DNA of 64,000 nucleotides from Escherichia coli (GTDB lineage Bacteria; Pseudomonadota; Gammaproteobacteria; Enterobacterales; Enterobacteriaceae): NCBI RefSeq assembly GCF_024502345.1, contig NZ_JALDNN010000001.1; one strand, 5' to 3'. Shown piece by piece: positions 53,797 to 64,000 of this stretch (position 1 is its first letter; each line of letters starts with the position of its first letter). The notes under the pieces were generated by a model. It saw only the letters and a program-made list of their open reading frames with translations, ran no database searches and was not told where the DNA came from. The position numbers and the translations under genes were made by a program.

Positions 53797-55284
53797 TTAA
53801 ATCACCTCTTCGATAACCCACACGCTGACGCTGCCGCCGTTGCAAAAGAAGGTTGCTTCGCCGTTTTCGTCGGTCACTACGCTCTCTTGCCGGTTCCCCA
53901 GAAAATCACGCCAGGTTTTATTGCCGTAATTCTCTCCCAGATGAATGGTTTTTTCGCCATCATCCCCATTCGACATGACCACCACGCAGCCGGGATATTC
54001 GTCGGTGCCACTGCGGCTAAAGGCAATGCAGTTCGGATGGTCGAAAAATAACGTCTGTACACCGTGGGCGAAACGCTGACGGGCGAGAATTAACTCATCA
54101 AGCTGTTCGATTATTGGCATATCTATCGGATAGGTTTGCCCGTCACCACCGACATCTTCGTAATGCGCACCGTAGAGGTCCGGATAGAATACCGAAGGAA
54201 CGCCATTTTCCCGCAACAAAATTAAGGCATACGCCAGCGGTTTAAACCACGGTTCGACCGGCGCTTCGAGGGCTTGCAACGGTTGGGTGTCGTGATTGGC
54301 AACGAGCGTCACGGCGTGGAAAGGATCGGCTTCCACTAATGTACCCGTGAAAATCTGCGTCATGTCGTAGTCGCGCCCCATGCGCGATGCTTCATGGAAT
54401 TTCATCTGCAGCGGCGCATCGAACAGCATGGTTTTGCCTTCCACCTGATCAATATACGTTTGCAGTTTATCGACTTCATGCGACCAGTACTCCGCCACAA
54501 TAAACAGCGGCTTTGGCGCAACTTCCTGTACGTGTTCGATCCACTCTTTATAAAACCAGGCTGGAATATGTTTGACCGCATCAAGACGAAAACCGTCGCA
54601 TTGCGTTTGTTCCATCACCCAGCGCGCCCAGTATTTAATCTCTTCCGTCACGGCATGATTGCGAAAATCGATATTCTCGCCCATCAGATAATCGAAATTA
54701 CCTAATTCATCATCAACCTGATCGTTCCAGCCTTCGCCGGTGTAGTCGTTAACAATTTTAAATATGCCATCTTCATCAGGGTTTTCGATATGGTCGATAC
54801 CGCTAAAACATTTGAAATCCCAGATAAACTGTGAGTATTGCCCGGCACGGGCGGGGAAGGTGTAACGCGTCCAGCCTTCGCACTCAATGATTTCTTCATC
54901 AATTTGCGTACGGTCGTCAGCATTTACACGCTGCACGCGAATAGCTTCTTTTTCATCCGCGCCCATTTTGTGGTTGACTACCACGTCCAACAGCACCGCA
55001 ATGTCATTACGTTTCAGGGCGTCAATGGCGGCCAGCAGTTGTACTTTATCGCCATATTTAGTAGGGATGCTGCCTTTCTGATCAAACTCACCTAAATCAA
55101 ATAAATCATAGGAGTCGTAGCCGACCGAATACCCGCCCGATGCGCCTTTATAGGCGGGCGGCAACCAGACCATATTGATACCAATATCATTAAAACCGTC
55201 GGCGCGCTCGGCCAGTTCAGGCCAGAGCTTACCGCCTTCCGGGTAATACCAGTGAAAACATTGTAACAGCGTGGGATTACGCAT
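53797..55284 (-). CDS. amyA: Cytoplasmic alpha-amylase
   Basis: 495 aa beginning [26 protein letters not shown]13 motifs ([14 protein letters not shown]). Confidence 0.9.
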   Translation of the reverse strand: MRNPTLLQCFHWYYPEGGKLWPELAERADGFNDIGINMVWLPPAYKGASGGYSVGYDSYDLFDLGEFDQKGSIPTKYGDKVQLLAAIDALKRNDIAVLLDVVVNHKMGADEKEAIRVQRVNADDRTQIDEEIIECEGWTRYTFPARAGQYSQFIWDFKCFSGIDHIENPDEDGIFKIVNDYTGEGWNDQVDDELGNFDYLMGENIDFRNHAVTEEIKYWARWVMEQTQCDGFRLDAVKHIPAWFYKEWIEHVQEVAPKPLFIVAEYWSHEVDKLQTYIDQVEGKTMLFDAPLQMKFHEASRMGRDYDMTQIFTGTLVEADPFHAVTLVANHDTQPLQALEAPVEPWFKPLAYALILLRENGVPSVFYPDLYGAHYEDVGGDGQTYPIDMPIIEQLDELILARQRFAHGVQTLFFDHPNCIAFSRSGTDEYPGCVVVMSNGDDGEKTIHLGENYGNKTWRDFLGNRQESVVTDENGEATFFCNGGSVSVWVIEEVI

Positions 55285-55361
55285 TCTTCGACTCCATTCA
55301 AGGGGAACATTAGAAGCGTAGCCGTAATCGGATTATTCGCGAGCCATCGACTCATTCAGAT

Positions 55362-55727
55362 TCAAAAGAGGTTATCCTGCGGAGCCAGCACAAAGCCGCC
55401 CTGATCGCCATAGGCACTTAACACCGATTTTTGCACCGATGACTGACCGACCAGTTTCGCCAGTTCATCCATCCGAATCTGTAATAACTGCTTTACCTTG
55501 CTTTCGTTGTCGAGAATCAGGCGCAGCATCGGGCGGAGCTGCTCCTGCATCGTGGTGGACGGGTCAATCTCTTCAGTCAGATGTGCAATCTCCTGCACCG
55601 CATTCACATACGCCATTTCGCTGGCGATGAGTTTGTCCCATTGTTCTTCCGTTGCCAGGCGTAACATGAGCTGGCTTTTTTCGACGAGTTGTTGCCAGGC
55701 GAAATACAAATGCGGTGCATGGTTCAT
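55362..55727 (-). CDS. fliT: Flagellar export chaperone / anti-FlhDC factor FliT
   Basis: 121 aa, downstream of fliS. Confidence 0.85.
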   Translation of the reverse strand: MNHAPHLYFAWQQLVEKSQLMLRLATEEQWDKLIASEMAYVNAVQEIAHLTEEIDPSTTMQEQLRPMLRLILDNESKVKQLLQIRMDELAKLVGQSSVQKSVLSAYGDQGGFVLAPQDNLF

Positions 55728-56137
55728 CAGACTGGGTCCTGAATCAAAGAAGGGGAGAGTAACGACTCTTTCCAGGCATCGGCAATATTGCGCATTAATG
55801 TTTCCACTTCTTCGACTGCGGAGACATCGTTGCGTAAATTGGCTTGCAGCAAACGCCTGACCATATAGCTATAAAGAGCAATCAAGTTTTGGGTTAATTC
55901 GTCTTTGCTCTCTTCATCAAGACTCACCCGCAGTCCGTTCTCAATAATGTTGATCGCTTTTGACAAAGAGACGCCTTTGCCTTGCTGATTGTTGTCCTGC
56001 ATAAACAGGCGCGCTCTAACCAGTGCGCTCAGCACTCCATCAAATAGCATGGTGACCAGCTGCTGCTGGCTGGCGCTCATTACGGCGCTTTCGACGCCAA
56101 TTTGTGCATAGGCCTGGGTGCCTTTTGCCGCGTACAT
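55727..56137 (-). CDS. fliS: Flagellin-specific chaperone FliS
   Basis: 136 aa beginning [19 protein letters not shown]. Confidence 0.9.
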   Translation of the reverse strand: MYAAKGTQAYAQIGVESAVMSASQQQLVTMLFDGVLSALVRARLFMQDNNQQGKGVSLSKAINIIENGLRVSLDEESKDELTQNLIALYSYMVRRLLQANLRNDVSAVEEVETLMRNIADAWKESLLSPSLIQDPV

Positions 56138-56161
56138 GACCTGTCTCCCGATGAATATTGC

Positions 56162-57568
56162 TTACTTGGAATTACTGTTGTTTTCGAACTGCTGCGTTAA
56201 GTAGCTGCTTGTGCTGTTTAACGAGGTCATTAAAACGTCCAGTTGGGTAAATTGTTCTTTGTAGCGCGCGACCTGCGCATCAATGCGATCGCTGGCGGCG
56301 TTGTAGTCTTTAGTTAATTTATTCAGGGTCTTACTAACGCCATCGGTAGCGGCTTTAATAATGCCCGTTGTCGAAAGCCAACTGGTCAGGTTGCTGCCGA
56401 TGGTGGTCGTGATGCCGGTTTTTTTACCATCGCCAACAATCAATGCACCTACGCCGCTGGCATCTTTTTTCAGTGCAGCGGTGAGTTTGTCGGCATCCAG
56501 TTCCAGTTTGCCATCGCTGGGATCGGTCGTGATACCAATCTGCGCCAACGTTTTATAGCTGGAAGAACTGACGGTATTACTCAGCATCGACTTCAACTGC
56601 GTCTGAATCGTCCGCAGCGTGGAGTCGCCGAGCAGTGCGCCATTGCTAGAACTCTGGCTATCAGCTCCCGCATCTACGGCGGTGTATTTGGTCAGGCTGC
56701 TGAAGGTATCTATTAGCGAGTTATAGGCATTCACCCAGTCTTTAATCGCCGTTTGCGCTTTGGAGGTGTCCTGAGTGATGGTTAGCGTCTGGTTGCCCGT
56801 GATGACATCGTTCAGGTTCAGGGTGATGTTTTCCAGCGCGTCGCTGATGGTGTTGCTGCTGTTCTCAATGGCGACGTTGTTGACCGTCAGCTGCGCATTC
56901 TGGGCGGCGACCGAGACTTCCATACCGTTGCTGCTGGCACTGGCGTCATAGCCCATAAAACTTTGTAGCGCATCATCACCGCTGACCGAGAGTGTCATCG
57001 CATTATCAAGGCCGGTGTCATTTGATGTGACTGACAGACGATATTCACCGTTACCCACGTTAATGATGCTCGCACTTACTCCCGCTTTTGCGTTGTTGAT
57101 GGCATCACGGATCCCGCTTAACGACGAGTTAGCCGCGCTGATATCAATGGTAATCGGATCTTTGTCGCCGCCTTGTTGAATGGTGAGTTTACTGTCGCTG
57201 GTGGCGATCGCCGTTTTCGTATCATCTCTGGTGGTGCGCGTGGTCAGGGTTTGCGCCTGCGCCAGATGGGTGACGCTGATGGTGTATTTCCCGGCGATGG
57301 CGTTACCCGCGGTGGTGGCACTGAACGCGGTGGTGCTGCTGGTAGTGCTGGTGGCGGAAAAAAGATCGGCTTTAGACAATGCAGTATTGGCGGTCTGGAA
57401 AGTCGTCAACGCGCTTTTCAGCGTACCGTAGGCGCTAAGTTTAGCGGTAAACGACGATTGCTGATTTGAAATAGGGGTTAGCGTCGCTTTTTGCGCGGCG
57501 GTGAGGCTATCAAGGATTGAACTTAAATCCAGGCCTGACCCGACTCCCAGCGATGAAATACTTGCCAT
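56162..57568 (-). CDS. fliD: Flagellar filament cap protein FliD
   Basis: 468 aa beginning MASISSLGVGSGLDLSSILDSL. Confidence 0.9.
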   Translation of the reverse strand: MASISSLGVGSGLDLSSILDSLTAAQKATLTPISNQQSSFTAKLSAYGTLKSALTTFQTANTALSKADLFSATSTTSSTTAFSATTAGNAIAGKYTISVTHLAQAQTLTTRTTRDDTKTAIATSDSKLTIQQGGDKDPITIDISAANSSLSGIRDAINNAKAGVSASIINVGNGEYRLSVTSNDTGLDNAMTLSVSGDDALQSFMGYDASASSNGMEVSVAAQNAQLTVNNVAIENSSNTISDALENITLNLNDVITGNQTLTITQDTSKAQTAIKDWVNAYNSLIDTFSSLTKYTAVDAGADSQSSSNGALLGDSTLRTIQTQLKSMLSNTVSSSSYKTLAQIGITTDPSDGKLELDADKLTAALKKDASGVGALIVGDGKKTGITTTIGSNLTSWLSTTGIIKAATDGVSKTLNKLTKDYNAASDRIDAQVARYKEQFTQLDVLMTSLNSTSSYLTQQFENNSNSK

Positions 57569-57611
57569 GCGATTTCCTTTTATCTTTCGACACGTAAAAC
57601 GAATACCGGGG

Positions 57612-57638
57612 TTATCGGCCTGAATTGCGCAAAGTTTA
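57612..57638 (-). promoter_or_regulatory. Sigma-28 (FliA) class 3 promoter for fliD
   Basis: On the minus strand: TAAACTTT, 11-nt spacer, GCCGATAA, matching the sigma-28 consensus TAAAGTTT-N11-GCCGATAA. Confidence 0.7.
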
Positions 57639-57730
57639 CGTTTAATTGTTTTTTTTAATAGCGGGAATAAGGGGCAGAGAAAAGAGTATTTCGGCGACTA
57701 ACAAAAAATGGCTGTTTGTGAAAAAAATTC

Positions 57731-57757
57731 TAAAGGTTGTTTTACGACAGACGATAA
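57731..57757 (+). promoter_or_regulatory. Sigma-28 (FliA) class 3 promoter for fliC
   Basis: TAAAGGTT, 11-nt spacer, GACGATAA, about 77 bp upstream of the fliC ATG. Confidence 0.7.
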
Positions 57758-57833
57758 CAGGGTTGACGGCGATTGAGCCGACGGGTGGAAACCCAATACG
57801 TAATCAACGACTTGCAATATAGGATAACGAATC

Positions 57834-59846
57834 ATGGCACAAGTCATTAATACCAACAGCCTCTCGCTGATCACTCAAAATAATATCAACAAGAACCAGT
57901 CTGCGCTGTCGAGTTCTATCGAGCGTCTGTCTTCTGGCTTGCGTATTAACAGCGCGAAGGATGACGCCGCAGGTCAGGCGATTGCTAACCGTTTTACTTC
58001 TAACATTAAAGGCCTGACTCAGGCTGCACGTAACGCCAACGACGGTATTTCTGTTGCGCAGACCACCGAAGGCGCGCTGTCCGAAATCAACAACAACTTA
58101 CAGCGTATTCGTGAACTGACGGTTCAGGCGACGACCGGAACTAACTCCACCTCTGATCTGGACTCCATTCAGGACGAAATCAAATCCCGTCTTGATGAAA
58201 TTGACCGCGTATCCGGCCAAACCCAGTTCAACGGCGTGAACGTACTGTCAAAAGATGGCTCGATGAAAATTCAGGTCGGCGCGAACGATGGCGAAACGAT
58301 TACTATTGATCTGAAGAAAATTGACTCTGATACGCTGAATCTGGCTGGTTTTAACGTTAACGGTAAAGGTTCTGTAGCGAATACAGCTGCGACAAGCGAC
58401 GATTTAAAACTGGCTGGTTTCACTAAGGGCACCACAGATACCAATGGCGTGACCGCGTATACAAACACAATTAGTAATGACAAAGCCAAAGCTTCCGATC
58501 TGTTAGCTAATATCACCGATGGATCAGTGATCACTGGGGGAGGGGCAAACGCTTTTGGCGTGGCTGCAAAGAATGGTTACACCTATGATGCAGCAAGTAA
58601 ATCTTATAGTTTTGCTGCAGATGGTGCCGATTCAGCGAAGACGTTAAGCATCATTAATCCAAACACCGGTGATTCGTCGCAGGCGACAGTGACTATTGGT
58701 GGTAAAGAGCAGAAAGTTAATATTTCCCAGGATGGAAAAATTACTGCGGCAGATGATAATGCGACGCTGTATTTAGATAAACAGGGAAACTTGACAAAAA
58801 CGAATGCAGGTAACGATACCGCAGCGACTTGGGATGGTTTAATTTCCAACAGCGATTCTACCGGTGCGGTTCCAGTTGGGGTTGCAACTACAATTACAAT
58901 TACTTCTGGTACAGCTTCCGGAATGTCTGTTCAGTCCGCAGGAGCAGGAATTCAGACCTCAACAAATTCTCAGATTCTTGCAGGTGGTGCATTTGCGGCT
59001 AAGGTAAGTATTGAGGGAGGCGCTGCTACAGACATTTTGGTAGCAAGTAATGGAAACATAACAGCGGCTAATGGTAATGCACTTTATCTTGATGCGACTA
59101 CTGGTGGATTCACTACAACGGCTGGAGGAAATACAGCTGCTTCGTTAGATAATTTAATTGCTAACAGTAAGGATGCTACCTTAACCGTAACTTCAGGTAC
59201 CGGCCAGAACACTGTTTATAGCACAACAGGAAGTGGCGCTCAGTTCACCAGTTTAGCAAAAGTAGACACTGTCAATGTTACCAACGCACATGTCAGTGCC
59301 GAAGGTATGGCAAATCTGACAAAAAGCAATTTTACCATTGATATGGGCGGTACAGGTACAGTAACTTACACAGTTTCCAATGGGGAGGTGAAAGCTGCTG
59401 CAAATGCTGATGTTTATGTCGAAGATGGTGCACTTTCAGCCAATGCTACAAAAGATGTAACCTACTTTGAACAAAAAAATGGGGCTATTACCAACAGCAC
59501 CGGTGGTACCATCTATGAAACAGCTGATGGTAAGTTAACAACAGAAGCTACTACTGCATCCAGTTCCACCGCCGATCCCCTGAAAGCTCTGGACGAAGCG
59601 ATCAGCTCCATCGACAAATTCCGTTCTTCCCTGGGTGCGGTGCAGAACCGTCTGGATTCCGCAGTCACCAACCTGAATAACACCACTACCAACCTGTCCG
59701 AAGCGCAGTCCCGTATTCAGGACGCCGACTATGCGACCGAAGTGTCCAACATGTCGAAAGCGCAGATCATTCAGCAGGCCGGTAACTCCGTGCTGGCAAA
59801 AGCCAACCAGGTACCGCAGCAGGTTCTGTCTCTGCTGCAGGGTTAA
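57834..59846 (+). CDS. fliC: Flagellin (H antigen) with long variable central domain
   Basis: Conserved N-terminus (MAQVINTNSLSLITQNNINKNQSALSSSIERLSSGLRINSAKDDAAGQAIANRFT) and C-terminus (...QNRLDSAVTNLNNTTTNLSEAQSRIQDADYATEVSNMSKAQIIQQAGNSVLAKANQVPQQVLSLLQG). 670 aa. Confidence 0.95.
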   Translation: MAQVINTNSLSLITQNNINKNQSALSSSIERLSSGLRINSAKDDAAGQAIANRFTSNIKGLTQAARNANDGISVAQTTEGALSEINNNLQRIRELTVQATTGTNSTSDLDSIQDEIKSRLDEIDRVSGQTQFNGVNVLSKDGSMKIQVGANDGETITIDLKKIDSDTLNLAGFNVNGKGSVANTAATSDDLKLAGFTKGTTDTNGVTAYTNTISNDKAKASDLLANITDGSVITGGGANAFGVAAKNGYTYDAASKSYSFAADGADSAKTLSIINPNTGDSSQATVTIGGKEQKVNISQDGKITAADDNATLYLDKQGNLTKTNAGNDTAATWDGLISNSDSTGAVPVGVATTITITSGTASGMSVQSAGAGIQTSTNSQILAGGAFAAKVSIEGGAATDILVASNGNITAANGNALYLDATTGGFTTTAGGNTAASLDNLIANSKDATLTVTSGTGQNTVYSTTGSGAQFTSLAKVDTVNVTNAHVSAEGMANLTKSNFTIDMGGTGTVTYTVSNGEVKAAANADVYVEDGALSANATKDVTYFEQKNGAITNSTGGTIYETADGKLTTEATTASSSTADPLKALDEAISSIDKFRSSLGAVQNRLDSAVTNLNNTTTNLSEAQSRIQDADYATEVSNMSKAQIIQQAGNSVLAKANQVPQQVLSLLQG

Positions 59847-59889
59847 TCGTCCTAACCTGATTAACTGAGACTGACGGCAACGCCAAATT

Positions 59890-59990
<101 letters not shown>

Positions 59991-60020
59991 CATAAAGCGC
60001 AATTTGTCAGCAACGTGCTT

Positions 60021-60046
60021 CCCCGCCACCGGCGGGGTTTTTTCTG
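60021..60046 (+). terminator. Rho-independent terminator after fliC
   Basis: CCCCGCCACCGGCGGGG hairpin followed by TTTTTTCT. Confidence 0.75.
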
Positions 60047-60132
60047 CATGGAATTTACCGGTAACCCCCAAATAACCCCTCATTTCACCCACTAATCGTC
60101 CGATTAAAAACCCTGCAGAAACGGATAATCAT

Positions 60133-60140
60133 GCCGATAA
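60133..60140 (+). promoter_or_regulatory. GCCGATAA sigma-28 -10-like element upstream of fliA (autoregulatory promoter candidate)
   Basis: Exact GCCGATAA about 26 bp upstream of the fliA GTG. No well-spaced -35 match was seen, so this is tentative. Confidence 0.4.
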
Positions 60141-60165
60141 CTCATATAACGCAGGGCTGTTTATC

Positions 60166-60885
60166 GTGAATTCACTCTATACCGCTGAAGGTGTAATGGA
60201 TAAACACTCGCTGTGGCAGCGTTATGTCCCGCTGGTGCGTCACGAAGCATTGCGCCTGCAGGTTCGACTGCCCGCGAGCGTGGAACTTGACGATCTGCTA
60301 CAGGCGGGCGGCATTGGGTTACTTAATGCCGTCGAACGCTATGACGCCCTACAAGGAACGGCATTTACAACTTACGCAGTGCAGCGTATCCGTGGCGCTA
60401 TGCTGGATGAACTTCGCAGCCGTGACTGGGTGCCGCGCAGCGTGCGTCGCAACGCGCGTGAAGTGGCACAGGCAATAGGGCAACTGGAGCAGGAACTTGG
60501 CCGCAACGCCACGGAAACTGAGGTAGCGGAACGTTTAGGGATCGATATTGCCGATTATCGCCAAATGTTGCTCGACACCAATAACAGCCAGCTCTTCTCC
60601 TACGATGAGTGGCGCGAAGAGCACGGCGATAGCATCGAACTGGTTACTGATGATCATCAGCGAGAAAACCCGCTACAACAACTGCTGGACAGTAATCTGC
60701 GCCAGCGGGTGATGGAAGCCATCGAAACGTTGCCGGAGCGCGAAAAACTGGTATTAACCCTCTATTACCAGGAAGAGCTGAATCTCAAAGAGATTGGTGC
60801 AGTGCTGGAGGTCGGGGAATCGCGGGTCAGTCAGTTACACAGCCAGGCCATTAAACGGTTACGCACTAAACTGGGTAAGTTATAA
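60166..60885 (+). CDS. fliA: Flagellar sigma factor sigma-28
   Basis: GTG start; begins (M)NSLYTAEGVMDKHSLWQRYVPLVRHEALRLQ; 239 aa with sigma-70 family regions 2 and 4. Confidence 0.95.
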   Translation: MNSLYTAEGVMDKHSLWQRYVPLVRHEALRLQVRLPASVELDDLLQAGGIGLLNAVERYDALQGTAFTTYAVQRIRGAMLDELRSRDWVPRSVRRNAREVAQAIGQLEQELGRNATETEVAERLGIDIADYRQMLLDTNNSQLFSYDEWREEHGDSIELVTDDHQRENPLQQLLDSNLRQRVMEAIETLPEREKLVLTLYYQEELNLKEIGAVLEVGESRVSQLHSQAIKRLRTKLGKL

Positions 60886-60930
60886 CGTCAGTAAATGCCG
60901 CACTTTAACTTTGACTACCAGGAGTTCTTA

Positions 60931-61482
60931 ATGATGGTGCAGCACCTGAAAAGACGGCCATTAAGCCGCTATCTTAAAGACTTTAAACACAGCCAGACCC
61001 ATTGCGCGCATTGCCGTAAATTACTCGACCGCATTACCCTCGTTCGCGACGGCAAAATAGTGAATAAAATCGAGATTTCCCGCCTGGACACGCTGCTTGA
61101 TGAAAATGGCTGGCAAGTGGAACAACAATCATGGGCGGCATTGTGCCGATTTTGCGGTGATTTACACTGCAAAACGCAGAGTGATTTTTTCGATATTATC
61201 GGCTTTAAGCAATTTCTTTTTGAGCAAACTGAAATGAGCCCAGGTACGGTGCGTGAATATGTCGTTCGTCTGCGCCGTTTGGGGAATCATCTACACGAGC
61301 AAAATATTTCCCTCGATCAGCTGCAGGACGGTTTCCTTGATGAAATCCTCGCCCCGTGGCTGCCCACCACCAGCACCAACAATTACCGCATCGCATTACG
61401 GAAGTATCAACACTATCAGCGTCAAACGTGTACCGGACTTGTGCAGAAATCCTCCAGCCTGCCTGCTTCTGATATATATTAA
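60931..61482 (+). CDS. fliZ: Regulator FliZ
   Basis: Begins MMVQHLKRRPLSRYLKDFKHSQTHCAHCRK; 183 aa. Confidence 0.9.
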   Translation: MMVQHLKRRPLSRYLKDFKHSQTHCAHCRKLLDRITLVRDGKIVNKIEISRLDTLLDENGWQVEQQSWAALCRFCGDLHCKTQSDFFDIIGFKQFLFEQTEMSPGTVREYVVRLRRLGNHLHEQNISLDQLQDGFLDEILAPWLPTTSTNNYRIALRKYQHYQRQTCTGLVQKSSSLPASDIY

Positions 61483-61569
61483 ATAAGAATAAGATGTAGC
61501 GGAGTTGTTTTTGTGTTTACAAACAATGGCTCTACACTGCAAACAGACATAACAACATTCGGGGTGAAT

Positions 61570-63461
<1,892 letters not shown>

Positions 63462-63475
63462 CTCCGGGAACGCTC

Positions 63476-64000
63476 ATGCAAGAAAGTATACAACTGGTTA
63501 TTGATTCCTTGCCGTTCCTGCTGAAAGGGGCTGGGTATACGCTGCAACTCAGTATCGGCGGCATGTTTTTTGGCTTACTGCTCGGGTTTATTCTCGCGCT
63601 GATGCGCCTGTCGCCAATCTGGCCCGTGCGCTGGCTGGCGCGTTTTTATATCTCTATTTTTCGTGGTACGCCGCTCATCGCACAACTGTTTATGATCTAT
63701 TACGGCCTGCCGCAGTTTGGTATCGAATTAGATCCCATTCCGTCAGCAATGATTGGTCTGTCGCTCAACACTGCCGCCTATGCTGCCGAAACGCTGCGCG
63801 CCGCCATTTCTTCTATTGATAAAGGTCAGTGGGAAGCAGCTGCCAGTATTGGTATGACGCCATGGCAGACTATGCGTCGCGCGATTTTGCCACAGGCGGC
63901 GCGGGTGGCGTTGCCGCCGCTGTCGAACAGCTTTATCAGCCTGGTAAAGGATACGTCGCTGGCCGCGACAATCCAGGTGCCGGAGCTGTTCCGTCAAGCG
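63476..64000 (+). CDS. tcyL: L-cystine ABC transporter permease (partial, runs off the window end)
   Basis: Begins MQESIQLVIDSLPFLLKGAGYTLQLSIGG, an ABC permease fold with no stop codon inside the window. Confidence 0.8.
   Translation, partial: MQESIQLVIDSLPFLLKGAGYTLQLSIGGMFFGLLLGFILALMRLSPIWPVRWLARFYISIFRGTPLIAQLFMIYYGLPQFGIELDPIPSAMIGLSLNTAAYAAETLRAAISSIDKGQWEAAASIGMTPWQTMRRAILPQAARVALPPLSNSFISLVKDTSLAATIQVPELFRQA

Overview
This window reads as an Escherichia coli chromosomal segment, the reverse complement of the K-12 amn-shiA-yeeJ ... fliE-R ... fliDST/fliC/fliA-tcyJ neighbourhood. All gene identities come from my own reading of the supplied translations against remembered E. coli proteins; no database search was run. 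The backbone is ordinary core genome: amn, shiA, tRNA-Asn, mtfA, tRNA-Ser, yodB, zinT, msrQP, hiuH, hprRS, hchA, an OmpC-family porin, yedR, yedJ, dcm-vsr, yedA, yedI, yodC, dgcQ, yedP, the DsrA sRNA, yodD, dsrB, rcsA, the complete fliE/fliFGHIJK/fliLMNOPQR flagellar cluster, yedK, yedF, yedE, yedD, amyA, fliDST, fliC, fliAZ, tcyJ, dcyD and the start of tcyL. Superimposed on it are six insertion-sequence copies from four families: two IS1, one IS2-like, two IS903-like, and one IS200/IS605-family element carrying tnpB. These have pseudogenised yeeJ, yeeL and hprR. I did not find a convincing novel multi-gene system such as a defence island, CRISPR array or toxin-antitoxin cluster. The most interesting items are structural: two direct IS1 copies without target-site duplications bracketing about 43.6 kb that includes the fli cluster and dcm; an IS605-family element with intact TnpB but a nonsense-interrupted TnpA; a perfect in-frame 54-bp tandem duplication in yedK; two independent IS903-like hits in hprR; and an IS2-like element flanked by an unusual 16-bp direct repeat.
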